Shown: positions 1 through 9,226 of the stretch, one piece after another
Numbering within the stretch: position 1 is the stretch's first letter
How the letters are laid out: each line of letters opens with the position of its first letter
Origin: Parcubacteria group bacterium GW2011_GWA2_43_11
GTDB lineage: Bacteria; Patescibacteriota; Minisyncoccia; Phycocordibacterales; UBA12088
NCBI GenBank assembly: GCA_000998805.1
Contig: LCFC01000004.1
Coordinates: 2,446-66,445, forward strand
Reading direction: 5' to 3'
DNA length: 64,000 nt
The notes under the pieces: generated by a model
The model's database searches: none
Seen by the model: the letters and a program-made list of their open reading frames with translations, nothing else
Told to the model about the DNA's origin: nothing
Position numbers and translations under genes: made by a program

Positions 1-691
1 TTGTCTCCATTTGTCCAAAATCAAAGTCAAAATTTGAAAAAGGAATATCTGGTTGACCCCATCGCCACCACTCAGGATGTGTACCTCCGCCGTAGACACC
101 AAAAATATCGTTACTCCATGAACCGCAATCACCAAGTCCGGTCGGTCCGCAGTCAGCCGTATTTATCTTACTCGTGACGAGGCTCAGATTGTTTGCATCC
201 ATTCTAATGACACCATTACTATGGTAGGGACCGATAATGGTGCGAGATGCTCCTGCTATTACATTCGAGTCCACTACATAAGAGTAGTCGGCCACAGTGG
301 GGCGAGCGATGCGTACCACGATAGATCGTTCGATGTCTGGGTCTGCGTAGGTGTGCCCAGTTGATGTCGCTTGAATAACCTGAACTTCTCCACAGAGGAT
401 GTCACCACCAACCTCAAGTGAAAATTCTCCAATCGGTCCCAATTCTGGATCCTCATACACATGGACATATGGACCAGGTACGCCTGTGCCGTCGGTAATA
501 TCTGAAGGAAAGTGGGAAAGACGCCATCGATAGTATTCAACTCCCGCTTCGGCTATTTGTAACGCTCGCTCTTGTTCGGTTTTTTGGTCTACCCATCGAT
601 ACTGTACGAGAAGGTATCCCAACAAACTCGAAAACAGCATCATAAATACGGACATGAATACGATACTAATTACCAGAATACTTCCTCCCAT
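1..691 (-). CDS. Hypothetical membrane-anchored protein in the pilus gene block. The ORF runs off the window edge and was not in the ORF track.
   Basis: Manual minus-strand translation from the ATG at 691: MGGSILVISIVFMSVFMMLFSSLLGYLLVQYRW..., an N-terminal TM helix with no stop before position 1. It lies directly downstream of the pilin genes. Confidence 0.5.
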   Translation of the reverse strand, partial: MGGSILVISIVFMSVFMMLFSSLLGYLLVQYRWVDQKTEQERALQIAEAGVEYYRWRLSHFPSDITDGTGVPGPYVHVYEDPELGPIGEFSLEVGGDILCGEVQVIQATSTGHTYADPDIERSIVVRIARPTVADYSYVVDSNVIAGASRTIIGPYHSNGVIRMDANNLSLVTSKINTADCGPTGLGDCGSWSNDIFGVYGGGTHPEWWRWGQPDIPFSNFDFDFGQMET

Positions 692-726
692 GTTTTGTTT
701 TTTTGTTGTACGGCACCAGTTCATAC

Positions 727-1332
727 TTAATAGGTATCTTTAAGATTTCGAATAGAAGCGCTTGAACGCAAAGCAACTTCTGAAGTTTGAAGTCCGAAGC
801 GCGTGGATCCCACTAACTGCACTTCGACACGACGGACCTGAATTGCTTGTGAAGCAGACACTATTTCACTACTTGTGGCGGTAAAGTAGCGAAACAGCGG
901 TGTGCTTGTAGCGGCGGTATGTACGAGGTCTAGAAATGTTTCAGTGTTTGTCGGATAGCTCGATGTGGCAGTTGGTTCTATAACACCTTTTGTAAACGTA
1001 GTACCATTTAAAAAGTATCGTATTCGCTCAACATCACCGTCATAGTCGGTGTCTGAGTACAGTGTCAGTGAGCTCGTGGCGATAGCCACAATAGGAAGTG
1101 CTCCATTTTCAGCATACACTGCTGCACGTACATCGCGCACCACCTCCTGTACTCCTTTCGTTGTCTCAATAACCGCGAGTGCGCGCGAAAGTGTTCTAGC
1201 ATGGGTCGTATAGAGGTTCTGAATGGAACTGAACAGTACGGGCATAACGATGCTAATAATAGCGATTACCACAAGCATTTCCATCAAAGTGTAGCCGTTT
1301 GTGTTGGTGTGTGTTTGAGGTGTGGTACTCAT
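727..1332 (-). CDS. Type IV pilin / pseudopilin with a prepilin-type N-terminal cleavage-methylation motif
   Basis: N-terminus MSTTPQTHTNTNG|YTLMEMLVVIAIISIV: G at -1, E at +5, then a hydrophobic helix (class III signal). Confidence 0.75.
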   Translation of the reverse strand: MSTTPQTHTNTNGYTLMEMLVVIAIISIVMPVLFSSIQNLYTTHARTLSRALAVIETTKGVQEVVRDVRAAVYAENGALPIVAIATSSLTLYSDTDYDGDVERIRYFLNGTTFTKGVIEPTATSSYPTNTETFLDLVHTAATSTPLFRYFTATSSEIVSASQAIQVRRVEVQLVGSTRFGLQTSEVALRSSASIRNLKDTY

Positions 1333-1333
1333 T

Positions 1334-3298
1334 TTAGTATGAAAGGGTTACTGAAGATTCAGTTTGCCCAGAGACTGGAATGGTTGTGGCAAAGGGTGCA
1401 AATCCTGGAGCCTTGATAGATACTGCAAACGAGTCTACGCTTAATGAGGGGAAGTAGGCGATACCGCATGGTCCAGTGGAACGGACTGTATCCACACTGC
1501 CTCCAATAATATGAACTTCAGCTCTTGCGACCGCACTTCCGAGTGGACCAGTTACTTGTAGAGATAGACTGTGTGCAGTCGCAGGTATAAGAGTGAGGGT
1601 TTGCTCGAGGGCGGTATCAGGTTCAAGGACGAGTGGGAGAGAAGGACATGCCTCTGCCACATGGTAGCCTGACACAACAAGCTCGTACGTATCAAATTCC
1701 ATATCTCCTGACTGCCATTCCCCCACTGCATTCGTCTGATTTGCCGTAGTATATTTATAAATAGGATTAGAGGATGCATCGGTACCTATGGTGGTACCAC
1801 TCGTAAGAGTAAAGGGAACATTGGCAACAGGAATTACCGGCTCGTGGTAGGAGAGTGTGTACTCGTGAATTTCTGGAGTTGAAACACTGTCACTACTTGT
1901 AAGGGTAGTGACGATACGCAATGAGGAGTATAGCGTTGTATCAAGCTCGCCTAAATCTATCGGAGACGTTGTAAGACCTGTGCTGTTGTTTGGTATATCA
2001 GTATCAGGTATGAGTGCAAAAACGCCACCACCAGTATCGTACTCTATCTGAAAACTCGCTGAAGTGTTTGGTGGTGTGGTGGCATCGTATGAGAACAAGA
2101 GCCACTCACCAAGTGATGCGGGAGATATGGGAGTAGAAATACTGACACCTGAAGCGCTGTAGCTTCCTGCAACCCCTCCAAGGGTGAGTGCTCCCCCAGC
2201 TACCTGTGTATCAGTGAGCAAGCTCAATTGTGAGGTATCGCTCATGGTATCAAAGAATCGTCCGCGGACTGGCCATAAGCGTGTTAGTAGGTCAATTGAA
2301 GAAAGTAAATCAATCTTAAAGAAAACCTCAGTGATGCTGTTTTCAGCTACGTTGTAGGGTGAAGGTGTTGGATTAGGGTTAGAGCCATCTGAGATATAGG
2401 TTTGTGCACTTGAATAACCATTCTTACTGATATATATCTCGTACCCTCCCCCTGCCCATGCGCCAGGGAAGGAAATAGTTCCACTTGCATTGGTAAATGT
2501 AGAAATATCGACTGATGTAGCAACAGTCGTGTTGAGTAAATGGATTGAAGCTGTAGGTACAGGGTCGTTTGTAGCATCAACAACGTTAATCCGCAGAATT
2601 CCTGCGCCTGCAAGTGATTCTTGAGATTTAGGTGCCATGGTGGTAACTAGAGAAAAAGTCTGAGTGGTTCCACGAAACTCATATCCTATTTCAACCTTTA
2701 CTCGCTTATAGTCAGCAGTGAGGGTGTCAGCTGCTCCTAACCCGTCCGCTGGATCATCGACATATTGGATGAAGGTACGTCGCGTGTATGCGTGGTTACC
2801 ATACGTGATAGTTACCAGTTGCGGTATGGTACCTGAAGGGAGGCCTGCGACTGTACCGATAGAATCAAAAGGAAGGGCTCGAATAACTTCGATGTGTTCA
2901 TTGGCGAGCATGAGTGCATTTGCGCGTAAGCGATTTCGTTCAGCAAAGGTGAGCATGGCTTGAAACGAAGCAAACAAGGTCACAAACACCATTGAGATAA
3001 TTGAAATACCTATAAGCATCTCTACAAGGGATATACCTTTTGTGTTATAGGACTTATGCAAACGGTGTACTACAAGAGCACCACAGGAGTACTTCATTTT
3101 TCTAATTCGTTCCTCATAAGAAAAATTGGTCGCATTACTATTTTTATAGTCGCTACGCTCCTTAAAAATATGTCTTATTTCATCGTTGCTCGTCACAAAA
3201 TGTCTCTCGTAGTATTGTTCATACAGCTCGTTCCATTTTGTTAGAGCACCTCGAACTACACTCGTTTGCGTAAGTCCCATGTTATTTTGTGTGGCCAT
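1334..3298 (-). CDS. Large pilin-like protein with a prepilin motif and a long Thr/Ser-rich C-terminal region. Its 5' end (residues 8–83) is an in-frame MITE insertion.
   Basis: Motif ...YNTKG|ISLVEMLIGISIISMVFVTLF. The ORF stays open from the ATG at 3298 through the element at 3048–3279. An element-internal ATG at 3097 gives a 21-aa leader, MKYSCGALVVHRLHKSYNTKG. Confidence 0.7.
   Translation of the reverse strand: MATQNNMGLTQTSVVRGALTKWNELYEQYYERHFVTSNDEIRHIFKERSDYKNSNATNFSYEERIRKMKYSCGALVVHRLHKSYNTKGISLVEMLIGISIISMVFVTLFASFQAMLTFAERNRLRANALMLANEHIEVIRALPFDSIGTVAGLPSGTIPQLVTITYGNHAYTRRTFIQYVDDPADGLGAADTLTADYKRVKVEIGYEFRGTTQTFSLVTTMAPKSQESLAGAGILRINVVDATNDPVPTASIHLLNTTVATSVDISTFTNASGTISFPGAWAGGGYEIYISKNGYSSAQTYISDGSNPNPTPSPYNVAENSITEVFFKIDLLSSIDLLTRLWPVRGRFFDTMSDTSQLSLLTDTQVAGGALTLGGVAGSYSASGVSISTPISPASLGEWLLFSYDATTPPNTSASFQIEYDTGGGVFALIPDTDIPNNSTGLTTSPIDLGELDTTLYSSLRIVTTLTSSDSVSTPEIHEYTLSYHEPVIPVANVPFTLTSGTTIGTDASSNPIYKYTTANQTNAVGEWQSGDMEFDTYELVVSGYHVAEACPSLPLVLEPDTALEQTLTLIPATAHSLSLQVTGPLGSAVARAEVHIIGGSVDTVRSTGPCGIAYFPSLSVDSFAVSIKAPGFAPFATTIPVSGQTESSVTLSY
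3048..3279. mobile_element. MITE-like element copy A (about 232 bp) with terminal inverted repeats TAGGACTTATGCAAACGG / CGTTTGCGTAAGTCC
   Basis: The terminal inverted repeats are visible directly. Internal segments (ttcatttttctaattc, ataagaaaaattggtcgcat, gtagtattgttcatacagctcgttccattttg) are shared with copies at 8972, 13727 and 24395. Confidence 0.75.
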
Positions 3299-3314
3299 GT
3301 GTTTTGTATGGATA

Positions 3315-4538
3315 CTACTGGATACTCGCGGTGATGCCGTAGATAGGGCTAATCATTGAAACTGCGAAGAAACCTACTGCCGCACCAACAATGAGCATTA
3401 AAAACGGTTCGATAATAGTAGACATGTTTTTTGTCTTCTGATCTACTTCGTTTTCATAAAAAGTTGCTATTTGGTGAAGCATATCGGGTAGAGAACCGGT
3501 TTCTTCGCCGACAGCGATGAGTTCACCGACTAGAGGTGGGTATATTTTTTCTGCCTCAATAAACACTTTGGCAAGTGCTTGACCTTTTTCAACTTCCGTT
3601 TGTGCCGCCAACAAAACATCTTTGTAGTAACTGTTCTGGAGTACGTTTCGGGTAATTTCTATAGATGTGAGCATGTTAACCCCCGATGAGAGAAGTGATG
3701 AAAGGGTACGTCCGGTACGAGCACTGTTTGTTTCTTTCATGATAGTACCTAGTACGGGGATATGGAGAAAGATTGTTTCAAAAGTGCGTTTTCCATACGA
3801 TGTTCGCATAGCTGCCATAAAAAAAGCAACCAAACCAACTAGTGATAGCAGTGCGAGAAGTGTGTGTGCCACCAGGAAGTCGCTTAAAAATATAACCACC
3901 CGTGTACTCATGGGGAGCTCAACTTCCATACTCTTGAATGTTTCAGTGAGTGTTGGAACTATAAAAATCATCATGAGTGTTCCTACGGTTCCAAGCACAA
4001 AGACAATAACAGAAGGATAAATCATTGCACCACGTACTTTTTTCTTCAGTGAGTACACACGGTCTAATTGTTCCGAAATAGTAAGCAAACTTTCCGCAAG
4101 TGTTCCTGCTTCTTCTCCTGAAGCAACCATTGAAACGACGAGATTGGAAAATACCTTTGGATATTTCTCCATTGCACCTGAAAGAGAGCTACCTTGTTGA
4201 ATGGAATTCGAAACACCCTGTAGTACCTCTTTGAGTTTTGGTTTTTTTGTTTGACGCTCAAGTACCGAGAGGGCGCGTGAAAGAGCCAATCCCGCTTTGA
4301 GCATTGCACCGAGATTGCGCGTAAGCATAATCTTATCGTTTTCCTTTATACGAAGAAAAAAAGACAGAAGATTAAATTCAAAAAGAGACGCGTGTTCCTT
4401 AATTTCTTTTATCGTCAGTATTTGTGCATTATCTTTACGCACTACATCATAGACTTTGAAGCGGTCTTTTGCTTCAAGTTTGGCTTCGTACGGCTCACTT
4501 TCACCTTTGCGTAATGCTTTGTATAGGTAGAGTGGCAT
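3315..4538 (-). CDS. pilC: Type IV pilus assembly protein PilC / GspF-family inner-membrane platform protein
   Basis: 407 aa with a GspF-like two-repeat architecture, hydrophobic segments, and the conserved GEETGSL / LIEPFLMLIVGAAVG motifs. Confidence 0.85.
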   Translation of the reverse strand: MPLYLYKALRKGESEPYEAKLEAKDRFKVYDVVRKDNAQILTIKEIKEHASLFEFNLLSFFLRIKENDKIMLTRNLGAMLKAGLALSRALSVLERQTKKPKLKEVLQGVSNSIQQGSSLSGAMEKYPKVFSNLVVSMVASGEEAGTLAESLLTISEQLDRVYSLKKKVRGAMIYPSVIVFVLGTVGTLMMIFIVPTLTETFKSMEVELPMSTRVVIFLSDFLVAHTLLALLSLVGLVAFFMAAMRTSYGKRTFETIFLHIPVLGTIMKETNSARTGRTLSSLLSSGVNMLTSIEITRNVLQNSYYKDVLLAAQTEVEKGQALAKVFIEAEKIYPPLVGELIAVGEETGSLPDMLHQIATFYENEVDQKTKNMSTIIEPFLMLIVGAAVGFFAVSMISPIYGITASIQ

Positions 4539-4542
4539 GGTG

Positions 4543-6327
4543 TTAGTCGCTGATAACGCGCAGTACTTCTTCTATAGTAGTGCCTCCTTGGACTGCTTTA
4601 AAGAATCCATCTTCAGCCATGGTGAGCATACCCTCAGAGCGTGCTTGTGCTTCTATTTTGTCGCTTGATGCCTGTTTGATGATGAGCTCGTTGATAGCAG
4701 ATGAAACCATCAGTACTTCGTTGATAACCATGCGACCTTTGTATCCATCAGGAGCTTCATCACTTGGAAGTGGTTTTGAAAATACCAAATCTTCAATTCC
4801 ATCCGTTTCTTTAATAACATGTTCATCACGAAGTGTTGTAAGTAATTTTTCAAAATCAATAACTTTTTTGAGCGAAACAATTTCTTCTTTTGAAAGTTTG
4901 TAAGATTCTTTTTGCCCATAAAGTCTTCGTACTAGTCGCTGTCCAATAATGACGCGGATAGTGCTTGAAAGTAAGAAAGGTTCAACCCCCATGTCCATAA
5001 GGCGAGGAATAGCTCCCGCGGCACTGTTGGTGTGTAACGTGGAAAGTACTAAGTGTCCCGTGAGAGATGCGTTCACTGCGAGAGATGCGGTCTCACTATC
5101 GCGAATTTCTCCTACCATGATAATGTCAGGGTCTTGGCGCACGAGAGCACGGAGACCCCGGGCAAAGGTAAAATCAATTTCCGGACGAACTTGTGTTTGG
5201 TTGATGCGTGCCATCTGGTACTCGATAGGATCTTCAATGGTAGAAATATTTACATCGGGAATATTTAAGAGATCGAGTATTGTATACAGTGTTGTAGTTT
5301 TTCCAGAACCTGTTGGCCCAGAGGTAAGAATCATACCGGTTGTTTGTTTCATGGCATGATGCAAACGTTCCAGTCCTTCACCATGGAAACCAAGTCCTTC
5401 TAAAGAATAGCCTCCGCCATTTTCTCGAAGGAGACGCATAACGGTTTTTTCTCCGTAGTACGTAGGAAGGAGTGAGACACGAAAGGATACTTTTTCGTTA
5501 TCGACTGCCATTTTGAAGCGACCGTCCTGTGGTAAGCGTTTTTCATCAAGTTTTAGGTTGGAAAGAACTTTGATTCTTGCAGTGATAGAAGCTGCGGTGT
5601 TTTTGGGCAAGGTCATAGCATCATGTAATAAGCCGTCTATCCTATACCGGACTAGAACTTCGTTTTCCATGGGCTCAATGTGGATATCTGATGCATTTTG
5701 AATGATGGCGTGTTTGAGAAGTGCGTTGACTACGCGAACAACAGGTACATCCTCTGCCAATTTCTTTAAGTCAGACTCAGAAACACCATCTTCTTCCTCA
5801 GAGAGTATGCTAATAGAGGCACTCTCGCGCTTGATAAGGTCACCAAATTCGTCTTTGAGTGTTTTTTGATATTGCAGTAGAGCATGTTTGATACTTTCTG
5901 CGTCGGTGAGACGAGGTAGGATTTTTAAGCCGACCTTCTTTTTAATAAATTCAATCGCTTGGAGGTCCTCAACATCAAGCATTGCCACCTCAAGCTCTCG
6001 GTCACTTTTCTTAAAGGCGATAATGTTGTGTGTACGTGCAATCGGTTCTGGAATCATGGAAAGCACTTCAAAGCCGATTTTTTCGTTGGCGAGATTAATG
6101 AACGGGACACCAAGGACGTATGCATGCATACGTCGTAAATCATCTTCGGATATATTGCCTTTTGAAACGAGAATTTCTTCGGGTGTGGTTTTTTTCTCCT
6201 CAGCTTCTTTTTCCGCATTGGTGTAGACAGCGCGTGACACGAGACCCGAGTCAAGAATGAAGTTCTTTAGTTGTGAACTTGATGTTTTCACAAAGTACCA
6301 GCGTTCAGGTAGCACACAGCTCCCCAA
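4543..6327 (-). CDS. pilB: Type IV pilus assembly ATPase PilB (GspE family)
   Basis: 594 aa with an N-terminal GSPII_E_N-like domain, Walker A TSGPTGSGKTTTLY, Asp/His boxes, and a tetracysteine-free C-terminus. The track start is TTG. Confidence 0.85.
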   Translation of the reverse strand: MGSCVLPERWYFVKTSSSQLKNFILDSGLVSRAVYTNAEKEAEEKKTTPEEILVSKGNISEDDLRRMHAYVLGVPFINLANEKIGFEVLSMIPEPIARTHNIIAFKKSDRELEVAMLDVEDLQAIEFIKKKVGLKILPRLTDAESIKHALLQYQKTLKDEFGDLIKRESASISILSEEEDGVSESDLKKLAEDVPVVRVVNALLKHAIIQNASDIHIEPMENEVLVRYRIDGLLHDAMTLPKNTAASITARIKVLSNLKLDEKRLPQDGRFKMAVDNEKVSFRVSLLPTYYGEKTVMRLLRENGGGYSLEGLGFHGEGLERLHHAMKQTTGMILTSGPTGSGKTTTLYTILDLLNIPDVNISTIEDPIEYQMARINQTQVRPEIDFTFARGLRALVRQDPDIIMVGEIRDSETASLAVNASLTGHLVLSTLHTNSAAGAIPRLMDMGVEPFLLSSTIRVIIGQRLVRRLYGQKESYKLSKEEIVSLKKVIDFEKLLTTLRDEHVIKETDGIEDLVFSKPLPSDEAPDGYKGRMVINEVLMVSSAINELIIKQASSDKIEAQARSEGMLTMAEDGFFKAVQGGTTIEEVLRVISD

Positions 6328-6783
6328 GTACTATGTATTGTATCAGGACTACGTGCATTAGGTGCATATGTTTTCAACAAGTGACGAGTAAAATAAGTTT
6401 CTAGTTCACAGTTCCTAGTTCTCCCCGCCACGGCGGGGTGAAGAAAGAAAGACGAAAAGAAACATGGATTGATTTCCTCCTTCGATTCCTACACCGGAGC
6501 TTCCTCCTTCGCTCCTTCCTAAGCTGAAGCTACGAAGGACAAGAAAGCTTCGGCGGGACGAGACGGCAGGGCGAGGCGCAATGATGCGTATTTTAAAGGT
6601 TTTTAAGAATATTGGTGGTCGTTTGTTCAGTACCAACTATGTCGGACCTAACGACTTCTGGCGCAGTCGCGGTGGTTTCGCGTTCGTCGTTCCGCAAGTT
6701 GGTCTTAAGATTTAAGACTCCTTGGCACGATTCGTTAAGGACTTCGGTTCTTTGCAAATTTCAGTCCTTTTTGACCATTGTGT

Positions 6784-6827
6784 AGCCCTGCATTCAATTC
6801 ATTCTGGATGCAGGGCGCATTTTTTTA
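6784..6827 (+). terminator. Rho-independent terminator-like hairpin (AGCCCTGCATTCAATTCATTCTGGATGCAGGGC + T7) in the pilB/nusA intergenic region
   Basis: A perfect 11-bp stem followed by a TTTTTTT run. It may end an unannotated small RNA at about 6400–6800. Confidence 0.45.
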
Positions 6828-7044
6828 GAACTAGGAACAAGGAACTTTTACCCTTCGACAAGCTCGGTACAGGGCGTACTTTCAACCCCAGTACCAAAGT
6901 CATGCGTGACTTGGTACGGGGCACGCTTTATGAACTCTATAACTTTTAACTTGTGCCCCCGCGGGGCGAGTTTGACATGAGCATTCCCTATGGTACTCTT
7001 TACGTATCTGAAATGTCCCTGAGGGGGCACTTTTTATTATAAAC

Positions 7045-7078
7045 AGTAGGACGTACACAAAAGGATGCAGTTCTAGAT
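7045..7078. repeat. Truncated MITE-family remnant (left end only) fused to the 5' end of nusA
   Basis: TAGGACgTACaCAAAaGGATGCAGTTCtAG matches the left end of the copies at 18362 and 21964 (…CAAACGGATGCAGTTC…). Confidence 0.5.
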
Positions 7079-7228
7079 CTAAAAGTAATAAACAGCGTTC
7101 TCAGCGAGCTTGAAGAGGATCGAGGTATTCCTCGTGAAAGCGTTATTGAGGCTATCGGAACATCACTCGCAACTGCCTACAAAAAAGAGTACGGCAGGAG
7201 GGGGCAGGTAATTCGCGCAAAATTTGAT

Positions 7229-8398
7229 ATGGCTACCGGAACAACTGAATTTTTTCAGGTGAAATTTGTCGTGGATGACACACGTGTGTGGTTTCCTACA
7301 GAAACAGAAGAAGGTAAGGAAGAGGGTGAAAATCACGAACGTGCAGTAGACCCGAACGCTCCGGTTTCTGAAGAAGATGAACGAGTGCGCTATGACTCTG
7401 AGAAGCACATGCTCCTCGAAGATGCTCGTCGTATCAAAAAAGACGTACAGGTTGATGATGAAATGATTTTCCCGCTCGAAACGCATGAAGATTTTGGACG
7501 TATCGCTGCGCAGACCGCGAAGCAGGTGATTATTCAAAAGATTCGAGAAGCGGAAAAGGTTTCTATTTTAGGTGAATTTGAAGGTCGTGAGGGTGAAATT
7601 GTTTCTGGTTCGGTCCAGCGAGTTGAACGAGGAAACATCTTCCTAGATTTAGGACGTACCCAAGCCATCATGCCTTATGACGAGCAAATCCCAGGTGAGC
7701 GGTTCCGACAGGGAGAGCGCGTACGTGCATACCTATATTCAGTAGAGGAGGGTCCTCGTGGTGTAATGATACGTGTTTCAAGGAGCCATCCTCGTTTCTT
7801 GATGAAACTTTTTGAAATTGAAGCACCTGAACTTGCAGGAGGATTGATTGAAATCAAAGCTATTGCTCGTGAACCAGGTAGTCGTTCGAAGATAGCAGTA
7901 CATGCTGTAGACGATCATGTGGATCCGGTAGGTGCACTCGTTGGTCAAAGAGGTGTGCGAGTATCGACCGTCATGAGTGAGCTTGGAGGTGAAAAGATAG
8001 ATATTATTGAATGGTCTGAAGAACAGGCACATTTTATAGAAGATGCGCTCTCACCTGCAAAAGTCCTTGATGTCGTAATAGATGAAGAAGAGCACCGCGC
8101 TACGGTGGAAGTGGTGGAAGATCAGCAGTCACTCGCTATAGGCAGGGGAGGTCAAAACGTCCGTCTTGCCGCGAAGCTTACTGGATGGAGGATTGATATT
8201 CACTCTATGCAAGGAGAGAGTACAGCTGAAGCAACTGATGATGAAAGTGATGCAGTATCCGAAATAGATGAAGAAGTAGGGCTTGTTGAAAACGATGTGG
8301 TAGATGATGCTGCACTATCTGCCGAAGAAGGTCTAAAGAATGATGCTGTAGAAGAGACCGAGGTTGACACTAAGGAAGGTGTTTCAGATAAGGAATAA
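7229..8398 (+). CDS. nusA: Transcription termination/antitermination factor NusA. The first ATG is at 7229, but the conserved N-terminal domain is encoded in-frame from 7043 with no canonical start codon.
   Basis: S1 and KH domains are present. The upstream in-frame translation LDLKVINSVLSELEEDRGIPRESVIEAIGTSLATAYKKEYG aligns to E. coli NusA residues 3–40. Confidence 0.85.
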   Translation: MATGTTEFFQVKFVVDDTRVWFPTETEEGKEEGENHERAVDPNAPVSEEDERVRYDSEKHMLLEDARRIKKDVQVDDEMIFPLETHEDFGRIAAQTAKQVIIQKIREAEKVSILGEFEGREGEIVSGSVQRVERGNIFLDLGRTQAIMPYDEQIPGERFRQGERVRAYLYSVEEGPRGVMIRVSRSHPRFLMKLFEIEAPELAGGLIEIKAIAREPGSRSKIAVHAVDDHVDPVGALVGQRGVRVSTVMSELGGEKIDIIEWSEEQAHFIEDALSPAKVLDVVIDEEEHRATVEVVEDQQSLAIGRGGQNVRLAAKLTGWRIDIHSMQGESTAEATDDESDAVSEIDEEVGLVENDVVDDAALSAEEGLKNDAVEETEVDTKEGVSDKE

Positions 8399-8434
8399 TT
8401 TTTGTTGTTTATTATAAGTAATAATAATAAATGT

Positions 8435-8971
8435 ATGAATATATGGCACGACGTACCACTAGGTAAAAATGCTCCGGAGAGCATCAATACTATTATCGAA
8501 ATACCCAAGGGGTCATTTAACAAGTACGAGATTGACAAAGAAACAGGGCTTATAGCACTTGACCGTGCAAACTATACAGCTGCTCCGTATCCATTTGATT
8601 ATGGATTTGCTCCACAGACGTACTGGGAAGACAATGACCCTCTTGATGTCATAGTCCTCACCTCATTTCCCTTGAGTCCGGGGATTTTGGTCCGGGTACG
8701 TCCTGTTGCTGTACTTGATATGATAGATGACGGTGATTCAGACATGAAGGTAATAGCTGTACCTGCAGATGACAAACGATGGGATGATGTGAACGATCTT
8801 CAAGATTTAAACAAGCATGCGCTCAAGGAGTACGAACATTTTTTCCAGACGTATAAAAGCCTCAAAGGTAAACCAGCTCCTGTGGAAACTCGTGGGTACA
8901 AGGGAAGAAAAGAAACACTTGAGATAATCAACAGAAGCGTTGAACTGTACAAAGAAAAATTTGGCAAATAG
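8435..8971 (+). CDS. ppa: Inorganic pyrophosphatase (family I)
   Basis: MNIWHDVPLGKNAPESINTIIEIPKGSFNKYEID...DPLDVIV carries family I PPase signature residues. Confidence 0.85.
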   Translation: MNIWHDVPLGKNAPESINTIIEIPKGSFNKYEIDKETGLIALDRANYTAAPYPFDYGFAPQTYWEDNDPLDVIVLTSFPLSPGILVRVRPVAVLDMIDDGDSDMKVIAVPADDKRWDDVNDLQDLNKHALKEYEHFFQTYKSLKGKPAPVETRGYKGRKETLEIINRSVELYKEKFGK

Positions 8972-9092
8972 TAGTATCTACGGAAACGGCGCACCACAGA
9001 AGTATTTCATTTTTCTAATTCTCCGCCTTCGCCAGATGGCGAATGGCAAATCATAAGAAAAATTGGTCGCATCCGTTTGCGTAGATACTATA
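8972..9092. mobile_element. MITE-like element copy B (about 120 bp), terminal inverted repeats TAGTATCTACGGAAACGG / CCGTTTGCGTAGATACTA
   Basis: It starts immediately after the ppa TAG stop and shares an internal core with copy A. Confidence 0.7.
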
Positions 9093-9226
9093 ACGAAAAA
9101 GAATGCAGTATATTTTTTTCAACAAACACACCTCTCTATCCCAAGAGAGGTGTGTCTTGGTATACTTTATCTGACGGCACATGAGAGAGCTGTAATGTTT
9201 ACTCAATATTCTTAACTCGTTATTGT

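Noticed and set aside
1201-1416. Plus-strand 71-aa ORF overlapping the two pilin genes
   Set aside because: It lies fully antisense to strong minus-strand coding sequence, with no ribosome-binding site or motif. It is a shadow ORF.
3098-3298. The N-terminal 67 residues of the 654-aa ORF (MATQNNMGLTQTS…EERIRK) treated as genuine protein sequence
   Set aside because: This stretch is the reverse complement of MITE copy A. Homologous element copies carry indels that break the frame, so it is non-coding repeat DNA read through by chance. Only MATQNNM and the element-internal MKYS… start are candidate starts.
6440-6830. SRP RNA, RNase P RNA or tmRNA in the pilB–nusA spacer
   Set aside because: The conserved cores (GGAAGGAAGCAGC, GAGGAAAGTCC, and the tmRNA tag or 3' end) are absent. 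It is kept only as an unclassified candidate transcript.
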